A stretch of DNA of 48,435 nt from an uncultured Desulfobacteraceae bacterium (GCA_964389665.1 CAYMFC010000002.1:1-48435); one strand, 5' to 3'. Shown: positions 9,401 through 20,484, numbered from the stretch's first letter. Notes: generated by a model not told the origin, from the sequence alone. Numbers and translations: made by a program.

Positions 9401-10609
9401 TTAACCCATTGCCGAGGCCATTTGGAATATAGGCAGGTACATGGCAATAACGATCGGCCCCAGGACGCCGGCCAGGAGCATCATCATAAGTGGTTCCATC
9501 AAGGCTGTGAGTGCTGATACGGCGGCGTCAACCTCATCGTCATAAAAATTCGCGATCTTCTCCAGCATGGCATCGAGGGCGCCCGTTGACTCGCCCACTG
9601 AAATCATCTGCGTTACCATGCCGGGGAAGATGTCTGACTCTGAGAGTGGATCGGCAATGGTTTGTCCCTCGGCAATGCTGCTCCGTGCATCATAAATCAC
9701 CTCTTCAATCACTGCGTTTCCCGACGTCTTCGCCGTGATTTCCAGGGCATCGAGGATCGGGACACCGCTGCTGATCATGGTGCCGAGGGTTCGCGTAAAC
9801 CTGGCCACGGCAACCTTTCGAATAAGCTCACCGAAGATCGGCATCTTGAGCAGGAGTATATCTATATTTCTCTTTCCGGAAGTTGTCCCCCTATACCTCC
9901 GAAAGCCCCAGATGGCAACGATCAGCCCTCCGATCATAAAGTGGATGTTGCCCGTGGTGAAATCGCTGACGTTGATGACCAACTGGGTGAGCGCCGGGAG
10001 TCCCGATCCAAGGCTTGAGAACATCTCCTGAAACACGGGGATCACGAACACCATGATAACGATCATTACGAGTACGCCGATAATCAAGACGGCAACGGGA
10101 TAGACAACGGCCCCCTTCACCTTTGATTTAAGCTTTTCGGCCTTTTCAATGTAAGCAGCAAGGCGTTGCAGAATGGTATCCAGGATCCCGCCAACCTCGC
10201 CAGCGGCAACGAGATTGACGAATAACGCATCAAATACCTTAGGGTGTTTATTCAAGGCATCCGCCAGGGTCGAACCACCTTCCACATCCTTGGTGACCTG
10301 TTTGAGCATGCCCTTGAATGTCTTGTTTTCCATCTGCTCAGCTAATATATTCAGGCCTTGTACGAGAGGGAGGCCCGCATCGATCATGGTCGAGAACTGC
10401 CTGGTAAAGATCACGAGGTCTTTCTTGGTGACCTTTGGCTGCATGAATGAGAGGCCCTCGAAGATATCCTTGGGCTTCTTTTTGAGCTTCGTAACCTTGA
10501 TATTCTTTCTCTTTAGCTGGATACGCGCGATCCTCTCATCCACAGCCTCAAGCTCTCCTTTTAGGACACGGCCCCTCTTGCTCTTGCCCACATAGGTAAA
10601 GATTGGCAT
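9401..10609 (-). CDS. pilC: Type IV pilus assembly platform protein PilC (GspF/T2SSF family)
   Basis: The 402-aa ORF has two GspF-type repeats (FTRQFSTMIDAGLPLVQGL and FTRTLGTMISSGVPILDAL) separated by TM segments. Confidence 0.88.
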   Translation of the reverse strand: MPIFTYVGKSKRGRVLKGELEAVDERIARIQLKRKNIKVTKLKKKPKDIFEGLSFMQPKVTKKDLVIFTRQFSTMIDAGLPLVQGLNILAEQMENKTFKGMLKQVTKDVEGGSTLADALNKHPKVFDALFVNLVAAGEVGGILDTILQRLAAYIEKAEKLKSKVKGAVVYPVAVLIIGVLVMIVIMVFVIPVFQEMFSSLGSGLPALTQLVINVSDFTTGNIHFMIGGLIVAIWGFRRYRGTTSGKRNIDILLLKMPIFGELIRKVAVARFTRTLGTMISSGVPILDALEITAKTSGNAVIEEVIYDARSSIAEGQTIADPLSESDIFPGMVTQMISVGESTGALDAMLEKIANFYDDEVDAAVSALTALMEPLMMMLLAGVLGPIVIAMYLPIFQMASAMG

Positions 10610-10786
10610 GGCTTCTCCTTCTCGCAGGTTAGGGAATTTTAATAGCCTTTATAACATCAGTAGGCTAATGTATTGTTAGTGGTAATGTCAAGAAATCTCT
10701 TATATTTTTCCAACTCGTTGCTCCAATAGGGCAATCTTCAATGAAGGATCCGCTCTTTTCGTGATAACTTTTTTAAATACACGCAC

Positions 10787-10814
10787 TTGACATTTCCGTT
10801 TTCGATATTATTTT
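10787..10814 (+). promoter_or_regulatory. Putative sigma-70-type promoter of groES-groEL (TTGACA-16 nt-TATTTT)
   Basis: An exact TTGACA lies at 10787-10792 and an AT-rich -10 candidate at 10809-14, about 50 bp upstream of the groES ATG. No CIRCE inverted repeat was seen. Confidence 0.35.
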
Positions 10815-10865
10815 ACCTGTTTGAGAATTTCCCCAAGATAACCAAATGGTAAAAGGAGGCATATC

Positions 10866-12826
<1,961 letters not shown>

Positions 12827-12856
12827 GCTCCATAGAAATCATTGCCATAAGCTCGG

Positions 12857-12886
12857 GGCGACCCCCTGAAAAGGGTCGCCTTTTTT
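12857..12886 (+). terminator. Rho-independent terminator after groEL
   Basis: An 8-bp GC-rich stem pairs GGCGACCC (12857-64) with GGGTCGCC (12873-80). It has an 8-nt loop and is followed by TTTTTT (12881-86). Confidence 0.8.
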
Positions 12887-12924
12887 CATCTTTAATGGCG
12901 ATAAAATAACGTATAATACCCTTT

Positions 12925-13662
12925 ATGAAGGTATTCTCACAGTTACTCGACATTATCTACCCTCCACGCTGTCCCCTCTGCGGCCGGCTCATATCCTCCC
13001 GCGAAAAGTACCGCCACCCAAGGCATATATGCGATCACTGTGTGCAGGCCCTTATACCTATCACCCATCCCTTGTGTACGGTGTGCGGCGTACCGTTCCC
13101 CTCATCAAGCGGCATGGACCACCCCTGTGAAAACTGTGTTCGGAGGATGCCGTGGTACGATTTCATGAGAGCCCCCTATCTGTATGCAGGACCGCTCATG
13201 AACGCCATACAGAGGTTCAAATATAACTCCGAAACCCACCTCGCCTTCCCCCTCGGTGGCTTGCTGTCCGCCTTTGCGAAAACCTTTTTATCCCATCCGA
13301 AGGAATTCGTGGCGGTCCCCGTGCCCCTCCATAAGCACAGATTTAGAGAGAGGGGCTTTAACCAGAGCCTGTTGTTGGCCAAGGTCGTTTCCTCAGACCT
13401 TGAAACTTCATTGGACTGCCTGTCACTCATCAGGAAAAGGGATACCAAATCCCAAACGGGTCTCGGAGGGAAGGAGAGGAGAAGGAACGTTGCAAACGCC
13501 TTTTCGCTAACATCAGGGGCTATCTTCAAGGGGAAAAAGGTGCTCCTGGTCGATGATGTCCTCACCACTGGGTGCACGCTCAATGAATGTGCCAGAACAC
13601 TGAAAAAATCGGGAGCGCTCGAGGTGATTTGTCTCGCCCTGGCAAGGACCGTCAGCTATTGA
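12925..13662 (+). CDS. comF: ComF-family protein (zinc-finger + phosphoribosyltransferase domain)
   Basis: The 245-aa ORF has N-terminal Cys pairs (CPLCG, CDHC, CTVCG, CENC). It has the C-terminal PRTase motif VLLVDDVLTTGCT. Confidence 0.8.
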   Translation: MKVFSQLLDIIYPPRCPLCGRLISSREKYRHPRHICDHCVQALIPITHPLCTVCGVPFPSSSGMDHPCENCVRRMPWYDFMRAPYLYAGPLMNAIQRFKYNSETHLAFPLGGLLSAFAKTFLSHPKEFVAVPVPLHKHRFRERGFNQSLLLAKVVSSDLETSLDCLSLIRKRDTKSQTGLGGKERRRNVANAFSLTSGAIFKGKKVLLVDDVLTTGCTLNECARTLKKSGALEVICLALARTVSY

Positions 13663-13765
13663 ACCAAAGTAGCCCTTAACCAAGATAAGCACTCGAAGGC
13701 AGAGAAAAAAGTTGCAATCCACCCCATCACCTGTTAGCTTCTTTTTATCTTAATCGCGATGGCTC

Positions 13766-14749
13766 GTGATGTATGAACTTAGGGGAACACCAAAAGGACC
13801 TGCAGTCGAAAACTGCATTCTATCCGTGGGAGGTGGCAAGGGGGGTACCGGCAAGAGCCTCATCACCGCGAGTATAGGTATATGCCTGGCCGATAAGGGA
13901 AACGAGGTGCTCCTCATAGACGCCGATTTGGGAACGGCCAACCTGCACACCTTGTTAGGCTTAGAACCCCCGCCATTGAGCCTGTCAGATTTCGTCACCA
14001 GGAAAAAATCGACTATGACTGGGGTCATCTCCAAGACCGGAATGCCTAACCTCAAGCTCATCTCAGGTGCAAAGGATATGATCGGCATGGCAAACCTCGC
14101 CTATGGACAGAAGGTGAGGATACTGAAAAACATCAAAAAACTGAACTATGAGTACATCTTGATTGATCTCGGTCCTGGTACGTCTTTCAATGTCCTCGAT
14201 TTCTTTCTCATCTCCCATTGCGGCATCCTGATCACCTCGCCCGAACCCACTTCCATTGAGAATACTTACCGCTTTATGAAGGGTCTCCTTTTCCGGTATC
14301 TGAGAAATGAGGTCAGTCAAGAAGTGGTGCGATCCCTTATCGACAAAGGGATCAAACAGAGGCAAGGATACACATTCGAGACCGTCTTCGACCTGTTGGA
14401 GGTCATTGAAAAGCTGGAGCCGAACCTTGGAGTTATGATCGCGAACTACCTCTCGAGCCTGGATATCAAATTGATTGTCAACCAGGCAAGGACCAACAGG
14501 GATAGGATAATTGCACAGAACCTGGCTATCGCTGCCAAAAAATATTTTGGTATACCGATTGATTTCCTGGGAAGTGTGAGCTATGATGCTGGGTTGCGGA
14601 AGGGATTGCTTCAGAGAAAACCCCTTACAGCATATTATCCCCATTCCCAGGCCTTTGAAGAGCTCATTGAAATTACCCAGAAAATATCGCCCCAGCACCG
14701 ACTGGGATCGAGCTCATCTCAGAGTTACATCAATCCTGCGGCACGCTAA
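13766..14749 (+). CDS. MinD/ParA-family P-loop ATPase (FlhG/MinD-like)
   Basis: The 327-aa ORF has a deviant Walker A (GGGKGGTGKS) and a Walker B-like YILIDLGPG. Confidence 0.8.
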   Translation: MMYELRGTPKGPAVENCILSVGGGKGGTGKSLITASIGICLADKGNEVLLIDADLGTANLHTLLGLEPPPLSLSDFVTRKKSTMTGVISKTGMPNLKLISGAKDMIGMANLAYGQKVRILKNIKKLNYEYILIDLGPGTSFNVLDFFLISHCGILITSPEPTSIENTYRFMKGLLFRYLRNEVSQEVVRSLIDKGIKQRQGYTFETVFDLLEVIEKLEPNLGVMIANYLSSLDIKLIVNQARTNRDRIIAQNLAIAAKKYFGIPIDFLGSVSYDAGLRKGLLQRKPLTAYYPHSQAFEELIEITQKISPQHRLGSSSSQSYINPAAR

Positions 14750-14752
14750 ACG

Positions 14753-15418
14753 ATGAAACGAATATCCGAGCAAAACTACTATGAATTACTCGATGTCTCT
14801 CCTCAAGCCTCAACTCAGGAGGTTCAACGGGCATATGACCAGGCCATGAGCATATTCTCTGCCGATTCGATTCCCACTTACTCCCTCTTGTCTGAAAAGG
14901 AGAGAGAACTCATTCTCTCCCGGATTGTCGATGCGTATAAAACCCTCACCAACGGCCATCTCAGGGCTGAGTACAACCAGCTATTACTCGAAAGTGGCGA
15001 GCTCCTCCCGGAAGATCTTAGTCTTTTCTCATTAGAGAAACCTGATAGCATCAACGGCGACCAAAGGGAAGGCAAGCTTGAGAGCCTGCCCACCCGAGAG
15101 AAAACAGCGGAGAGCCCGATGGGCTCTAATGAAGGCAGCTTTACTCTCATCGACATCGACTCGGCACTATCGGGCAAGGATATTCAGGCACTGAGGATCG
15201 CCAGAGAAATAAGTATCGAAGATGTCTACAGAAAGACAAACGTACCGAAGAAGACAATAGAGGATATTGAGGAAGAGCGCTTTGAAGAGCTTCCAGCCCC
15301 CGTGTATCTAAAAGGTTTTCTCAAGGCATACGCGAGGATTCTTAACGTAAACGAGGATCAAATGGTGGATGGCTACGTGAAAAGGTTTCTCGAATGGAAG
15401 ACTTCCTTTCAAAGATAA
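14753..15418 (+). CDS. Two-domain protein: degenerate J-domain-like N-terminus + RodZ-type helix-turn-helix C-terminus
   Basis: The 221-aa ORF has an N-terminus, NYYELLDVSPQASTQEVQRAYDQAMSIF, that resembles a J-domain helix but has no HPD tripeptide. The C-terminus (LRIAREISIEDVYRKTNVPKKTIEDIEEERFEELPAPVYLKGFLKAYARIL) resembles RodZ/Xre HTH domains. The ORF starts 3 nt after the upstream stop. Confidence 0.6.
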   Translation: MKRISEQNYYELLDVSPQASTQEVQRAYDQAMSIFSADSIPTYSLLSEKERELILSRIVDAYKTLTNGHLRAEYNQLLLESGELLPEDLSLFSLEKPDSINGDQREGKLESLPTREKTAESPMGSNEGSFTLIDIDSALSGKDIQALRIAREISIEDVYRKTNVPKKTIEDIEEERFEELPAPVYLKGFLKAYARILNVNEDQMVDGYVKRFLEWKTSFQR

Positions 15419-15885
15419 AGTCCCAACAGGATATAAAAGTATTCGTCGACATGTTGAAAGGACAAGGTGAAAAGGTAGTATTTACGAACGGGTGTTTTGA
15501 CATCCTTCATCATGGCCACATCCATTACCTCTCAGAGGCGAGGTCCTTTGGACAGTGCCTGATCGTGGGCCTCAATAGCGATAGATCCGTCCGTCACATC
15601 AAGGGGGAAGGCCGACCCCTGCTGCCCCAGAGGGCAAGAGCGGAATTGCTTGCCGCCCTCTGTTTTGTCGATGGGGTCGTAATCTTCGATGAGGACAATC
15701 CCCTGACTATTATCGAATATCTCATGCCGCACGTGCTGGTGAAAGGCGCAGACTGGTCCGAAGATGAGATCGTGGGCGCCGATATCGTGAAGAAGGCAGG
15801 GGGTGAGGTAAAACGAATACCCCTTGTTCCCGGCGTTTCCACCACGGAGATTATTCGCCGGGTCGCAAGCCTCCTCGCAGCATAG
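15394..15885 (+). CDS. rfaE2: D-glycero-beta-D-manno-heptose-1-phosphate adenylyltransferase (RfaE domain II type cytidylyltransferase)
   Basis: The 163-aa ORF has the HxGH nucleotidyltransferase motif FTNGCFDILHHGHIHYL and a C-terminal STTEII. Confidence 0.85.
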   Translation: MEDFLSKIKSQQDIKVFVDMLKGQGEKVVFTNGCFDILHHGHIHYLSEARSFGQCLIVGLNSDRSVRHIKGEGRPLLPQRARAELLAALCFVDGVVIFDEDNPLTIIEYLMPHVLVKGADWSEDEIVGADIVKKAGGEVKRIPLVPGVSTTEIIRRVASLLAA

Positions 15886-15938
15886 AGTAACCAAGGATTA
15901 TCATCCAGTCCATAAGGAAACGTCTTTGGCAAGCGCAC

Positions 15939-16015
15939 GCGCCCATAGCTCAGATGGATAGAGTAACGGACTACGAATCCGTAGGTCGCAGGTTCGAATC
16001 CTGCTGGGCGCACCA
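15939..16015 (+). tRNA. tRNA-Arg (anticodon ACG)
   Basis: I folded the cloverleaf by hand. The acceptor is GCGCCCA/TGGGCGC, the anticodon stem is ACGGA/TCCGT with loop CTACGAA, and the T-arm is GCAGG-TTCGAAT-CCTGC. CCA is encoded. Confidence 0.93.
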
Positions 16016-16373
16016 CGTATCTTCAATGGGGGGAGCGGCTTTCTTAGGTTAAAGGGCAAGGAGGATACCCCTCCCTCCACCGTATAGCCTCCCAACATCT
16101 CCATCGTGCTTATGCCACCAGCAGGCTGACTATCATCCTGTTGAGCAAGTCCTTTGTGTGTTTGTGCTTGTCAGTGCGAGGCTAGGAATGTCCCTATAGG
16201 GGATATTTTTGATTTGAGAATATTCTCTCTTCAGTGTATGTTCTTTACCAAATGAACTATGGTGATTCGTTGGTATCAATGCCGGGTAAAAAAAGACGCG
16301 CATGAGAGAAGAGAGGAGAAGCCGGAAGGGCATCCAACGAAAAACAACGGACCGAGTGTCATGAATCGCGAAC

Positions 16374-16389
16374 TGTTTCACGTGAAACA
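16374..16389. promoter_or_regulatory. parS centromere-like site (TGTTTCACGTGAAACA)
   Basis: This is a perfect 16-bp palindrome that matches the canonical chromosomal parS consensus TGTTNCACGTGAAACA. It lies about 50 bp upstream of the parA start. Confidence 0.82.
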
Positions 16390-16436
16390 TTTTCTCAGCC
16401 GCATATAAATCCCGTTACAAGGACTTCTTTGTAGAC

Positions 16437-17219
16437 ATGGGCTCGATAATATGCATCGTGAATCAGAAAGGGGGCGTTGGCAAAACAACAACGGCCGTTA
16501 ATCTCTCTGCATCGATTGCTGTGGCCGAGAAACGGTGCCTTCTTCTTGATTGTGATCCCCAGGGAAATGCCACTACCTCTTTAGGTGTAAACCCCTCGAG
16601 TCTGAACCCGAGCATTTACGATCTGCTCTTAGGCAAAGAGGCTGAGACGGAGGTAATCCTCGATACGGAGATTTCCATGCTTAAACTCATCGGGGCAAAC
16701 CCTGATCTATATGGCGCTGAGGTAGAACTGTTTTCCAAGGAAAACAAAGAATATCTCTTGCATACTATTGTATCCAGATTGAGAAAACACTACGATTACA
16801 TATTCATAGATTGCCCGCCCTCGCTTGGGTTCCTTACACTGAATGCCCTTACCGCTGCGGATTGTTATCTTGTTCCGCTTCAATGCGAATATCTTGCTAT
16901 GGAGGGTCTTACCCAGTTACTAAACACCATCAGGTTAATCAAGAGGGGGCTTAATCCGTCCCTTTCCATGTTCGGGGTTTTATTGACCATGTTCGACCGA
17001 CGTAACAATCTATCATATCAGGTGGCAGACGAGGTACGCCAGCATCTCAAAGACTCTGTGTTCCAAACGGTGATTCCACGAAACGTATCTTTAAGCGAGG
17101 CATCAAGCTATGGTAAGCCGGCCATCCTTTATAACATTCAATCGAAAGGGGCTCAGAGCTATCTCGAGCTTGCAAGGGAAATAATAGTACAAGGAGGAAA
17201 TGGTGGTGCCCAAACGTAA
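16437..17219 (+). CDS. parA: Chromosome partitioning ATPase ParA (Soj)
   Basis: The 260-aa ORF has a deviant Walker A (NQKGGVGKTTT) and the motifs CDPQGNAT and FIDCPPSLG. Confidence 0.93.
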   Translation: MGSIICIVNQKGGVGKTTTAVNLSASIAVAEKRCLLLDCDPQGNATTSLGVNPSSLNPSIYDLLLGKEAETEVILDTEISMLKLIGANPDLYGAEVELFSKENKEYLLHTIVSRLRKHYDYIFIDCPPSLGFLTLNALTAADCYLVPLQCEYLAMEGLTQLLNTIRLIKRGLNPSLSMFGVLLTMFDRRNNLSYQVADEVRQHLKDSVFQTVIPRNVSLSEASSYGKPAILYNIQSKGAQSYLELAREIIVQGGNGGAQT

Positions 17220-18048
17220 GTCTCTTGGAAGAGGATTATCTGCCTTAATTCCAGAAGGGGCTATCCTGGAAGATGAGAGGGGTTTTTTCCTCTGTCCCAT
17301 TGACTCTATCTCGCCGAATCCCTATCAACCGCGACAGGATTTCAGCGACGCTGATTTAACAGAATTGGCGAACTCTATAAAGGAAAAGGGGGTTATCCAG
17401 CCCATACTCGTGTCCAGGACAAAGGATGGGCTCCAGCTCATAGCGGGTGAGAGGCGCTGGAGGGCAGCCCAGAAGGCAGGACTCGATACGATTCCCGTAT
17501 GGGTAAGGGATGCATCCCCTTCCGAGGCGCTGGAATTGGCGTTAGTCGAGAATTTACAGCGCAAAGACCTCAATCCTATCGAAGAAGCATTAGCCTACCA
17601 GGAACTCATGAAACGGTTCAATCTCACTCAGGAAGCGGTCTCAACAAGGATTGGCAAGGATCGCTCTACTGTTGCCAATCTTTTGAGGCTTCTGAGGCTT
17701 CCGCAAACCCTTCAACAAGACCTTATAAATAACCGGCTGACTACTGGCCATGCACGGGTTCTCGTGAGCATCGAATCACCTTCGGCGCAACGCACGCTCA
17801 GGGATCTCATCATCAAAAAGGCTCTGTCTGTCAGGCAGACGGAATCGCTGGCAAAGAAGCTCCAGGCCCAGCCAAAGCCAAAGGATCAGAAAGTTGAAGG
17901 AGATCACTACTTAGAGTCCCTTGCCAGGGACCTTCAACGATCCTTAGGCACGAAGGTGACTATCACCAAGAGGGATCACAAGGGAAGGATCATCATAGAG
18001 TTTTATTCTGATGGAGAATTCGGTCGCCTGATAGATCGACTCTTGTGA
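17200..18048 (+). CDS. parB: Chromosome partitioning protein ParB (Spo0J)
   Basis: The 282-aa ORF has the ParB box GERRWRAA, the N-terminal LGRGLSALIP and an HTH region (TQEAVSTRIGKDRSTVANLLRLL). It overlaps the parA end by 20 nt. Confidence 0.93.
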   Translation: MVVPKRKSLGRGLSALIPEGAILEDERGFFLCPIDSISPNPYQPRQDFSDADLTELANSIKEKGVIQPILVSRTKDGLQLIAGERRWRAAQKAGLDTIPVWVRDASPSEALELALVENLQRKDLNPIEEALAYQELMKRFNLTQEAVSTRIGKDRSTVANLLRLLRLPQTLQQDLINNRLTTGHARVLVSIESPSAQRTLRDLIIKKALSVRQTESLAKKLQAQPKPKDQKVEGDHYLESLARDLQRSLGTKVTITKRDHKGRIIIEFYSDGEFGRLIDRLL

Positions 18049-18665
18049 TTTCCCTTGAGGTGCCATCTCCTCTCATTCCCCTTGGCTAACCTCCGAATAT
18101 TGTCCTTATGCCTGAGCACGATTAAAAGGGACATTGCCATCGAGGTAATGATTAAAAATCCCGAGTGACCACCTATGGATAACCACGCGGGCATGCTCAG
18201 TGCAGCAACCATTGAACCCAGGGATATGTACCTCCTTATCGCGACCACGATAAGAAATATGGCGCCGGAAAACGCACACGATAGCGGCGAGATGGCTAAA
18301 AAAACCCCAAGACACGTGGCAACCCCCTTTCCTCCTCTTTTATGATTGTATACCGGGAATTGGTGGCCCAATACAGCTGCTAAACCAACCAATCCTCTCA
18401 AGGCCTCATCTAGCTCTGCTGACCCTCCCAAAAGGAAGGGTACAACTGCAACCGGGATGAATCCCTTGAGGGCATCCGCCAGCAGGGTTACAATCCCCCA
18501 TGCAAGGCCAATCTCCCGGGCAACGTTTGCGGCCCCGATGTTGCCGCTGCCTATCTCAGTAATATCCATTCCCCGTGCTCTTCTCCCGACTACGAGACCA
18601 AAAGGGATCGAGCCCAACAGATACGCCCCTATCACCAGCGCTATGAAGATGCTCCACCTATCCAT
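18003..18665 (-). CDS. plsY: Glycerol-3-phosphate acyltransferase PlsY
   Basis: The 220-aa ORF has the motifs GSIPFGLVVG, GSGNIGAANV and GGKGVAT, and is polytopic. Its 3' end overlaps the parB 3' end by 46 bp in a convergent arrangement. Confidence 0.9.
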   Translation of the reverse strand: MDRWSIFIALVIGAYLLGSIPFGLVVGRRARGMDITEIGSGNIGAANVAREIGLAWGIVTLLADALKGFIPVAVVPFLLGGSAELDEALRGLVGLAAVLGHQFPVYNHKRGGKGVATCLGVFLAISPLSCAFSGAIFLIVVAIRRYISLGSMVAALSMPAWLSIGGHSGFLIITSMAMSLLIVLRHKDNIRRLAKGNERRWHLKGNHKSRSIRRPNSPSE

Positions 18666-18909
18666 ACGCGTCTTACAACCGGAAAAAATGTTTCCTATTT
18701 AAAAAGACTGCTGTATAGTAATCGCACGAGGTTATGCCTTCGGGCGCCATAGCATATACATGCTTCCCATTTGGCAAACCATCACATCACAGTATGGTGA
18801 GGCACATGGGAACGAGTACACCATGTATTCATCCGGAATCGGATAACCCATTGAAATCTAACAGGCTTTATCCTCAGTTGCAATCCAATTCTATAACGAG
18901 GGGGCTCCT

Positions 18910-19329
18910 GTGAGCGTAATAATAGTTATGGACGGCCAGGGCGGCGGAATAGGCAGGGCCATAATCAAGAGGTTACGGGATGTCTTCGGCGAGGATATGG
19001 AAATACTCGCCCTTGGCACCAATTCTATAGCTACCTCTCAGATGATGAAGGCAGGTGCAAACCGAGGAGCCACCGGCGAGAATGCCATTGTGAGAACAGC
19101 CCTCGAGGCTGACATGATTATTGGGCCACTTGCCATTATCATTGCCGATGCTATGATGGGGGAAGTAACGCCTGAGATGTCAAAGGCCATCGGATCCAGC
19201 AAAGCCCTGAAGGTTTTGATTCCGTTGACCCAGGAGCGGGTCGAGATCATGGGCCTTTCTGTCGAACCCCTTCCCCATCTGATCGATCAGGCCATTGATA
19301 TTATCAAAGGAGGTAAACAAGATGTGTGA
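18910..19329 (+). CDS. DUF3842-like small protein
   Basis: The 139-aa ORF has a GTG start after a GGGGG RBS. Its N-terminus, IIVMDGQGGGIGRAIIKRLR, is as I remember for DUF3842. Function is unknown. Confidence 0.65.
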   Translation: MSVIIVMDGQGGGIGRAIIKRLRDVFGEDMEILALGTNSIATSQMMKAGANRGATGENAIVRTALEADMIIGPLAIIIADAMMGEVTPEMSKAIGSSKALKVLIPLTQERVEIMGLSVEPLPHLIDQAIDIIKGGKQDV

Positions 19330-19510
19330 GGCATCAGCGTATCTGATTCAAGACGGGAAAGAGGAGCTCATACTGGAAAATGTGGAAGAGTTACACAGGG
19401 AAGGCAATGTTATCAAGATAGTAAATCTGTTCGGCGATCAAAAGGCCTTTGAGGCCCATATAAAGCTGATCTCATTCCTGGAGAACAAGATCGTCTTGGA
19501 AAAGCCCTAG
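19322..19510 (+). CDS. CooT-family (nickel-binding, CODH-maturation-type) small protein
   Basis: The track ORF is 19295-19510. The likely true start is the ATG at 19322, preceded by aaggaggt and giving MCEASAYL..., which is the conserved Met-Cys N-terminus of CooT-like proteins. It overlaps the upstream stop. Confidence 0.62.
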   Translation: MCEASAYLIQDGKEELILENVEELHREGNVIKIVNLFGDQKAFEAHIKLISFLENKIVLEKP

Positions 19511-19593
19511 CTCCTTCTCGGGCCTCCTTGCACCTTTAAATGATTACCTTGACGATTCTTTGGGTTACGGCATGCAGAGGGAAGACGTGTCGA

Positions 19594-20481
19594 TCACATA
19601 CATAGCTCATCCCTCCAAGCGTGAGGTGCAATGATCTCTGAGAAGACCTCCTCTCCTTTCGCCACTCGCTCAGGCAGGGAGAGATAGAAAGAGGCTTCCT
19701 GTTTCCTTCCTCGCTTCATACAACCCTCCCCGTATATCCTGCACTTTATCGATAGTTCTCCTCTGGCTTCCCCCTGCTGTGTATGGGTAAGCATCCCGCT
19801 CTTCATCAACTTCACGATCGCCAAGATGCGGAATCGATCCATACCAATAAATCGACGCGACAGCTGGTCATCGTGCCCTCCCTCCTTGACCACGAGCTCC
19901 TTCTCAATAAGGTGTATGGGGTAGCGGCACGATATCCTCAACCACATATCGTAGTCCTCTGCAGCTGGAAGCGCCTCATCGAATAGGCCAATCTCATCCA
20001 GCAGGGATCTCTTCAGTGCCACGCTGGATGGGCTTACAAGGCATAGCTTTAGAGATTGGGCGAATATGTCTCCCGATGGTTTTTTATGCCTTCTCCTCGG
20101 GTTGACCCTCTTTCCATCCCGTATCCACATCTCCTCGGTTTGGCAGGCAAGGGTGCCTGGATTCCCTTCGATATATTTCATCTGAACGGATAACTTATCC
20201 TCGAGCCAGTAGTCATCGGAATCCAGAAACGCAATCCAGGGTGCAGAAGCTCGACGAATGCCGCTGTTGCGCGCAGCCGATACCCCCTGGTTCACTTCCT
20301 TCCTCACGTACTGTATCATCGGCGCGCAAGAGGTAATCGCCTGATAGGTATCATCGCTTGATCCATCGTCAACGACAATGACCTCGAAGTCACGAAATGT
20401 CTGCTTTAGGACGGACCGAACGGCCCGTATCAGCCTTCGGGATCGGTTAAATGTGGGGATGATAACACTTACGGAAGGCAT
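19594..20481 (-). CDS. Family 2 glycosyltransferase
   Basis: The 295-aa ORF has the motifs SVIIPTFNR...VIVVDDGSSDDT and LDSDDYW (DxD). Confidence 0.85.
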   Translation of the reverse strand: MPSVSVIIPTFNRSRRLIRAVRSVLKQTFRDFEVIVVDDGSSDDTYQAITSCAPMIQYVRKEVNQGVSAARNSGIRRASAPWIAFLDSDDYWLEDKLSVQMKYIEGNPGTLACQTEEMWIRDGKRVNPRRRHKKPSGDIFAQSLKLCLVSPSSVALKRSLLDEIGLFDEALPAAEDYDMWLRISCRYPIHLIEKELVVKEGGHDDQLSRRFIGMDRFRILAIVKLMKSGMLTHTQQGEARGELSIKCRIYGEGCMKRGRKQEASFYLSLPERVAKGEEVFSEIIAPHAWRDELCM

Positions 20482-20484
20482 CGT

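Noticed and set aside
10610-10865. I expected a CIRCE (HrcA operator, TTAGCACTC-N9-GAGTGCTAA) or a sigma-32 promoter upstream of groES.
   Set aside because: Neither strand has a CIRCE-like inverted repeat and there is no CCCCAT-type -10. Only a sigma-70-like TTGACA is seen, so I make no heat-shock-operator call.
16133-16390. An 85-aa minus-strand ORF fills the tRNA-Arg/parA intergenic region.
   Set aside because: It has no RBS and no recognisable motif. Its first codons are formed by the parS palindrome itself, so it is most likely non-coding spacer.
18003-18048. The parB and plsY 3' ends overlap convergently by 46 bp.
   Set aside because: It is probably just a non-conserved basic C-terminal tail of PlsY reading into parB. 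I have no evidence of antisense regulation, so I only note it.
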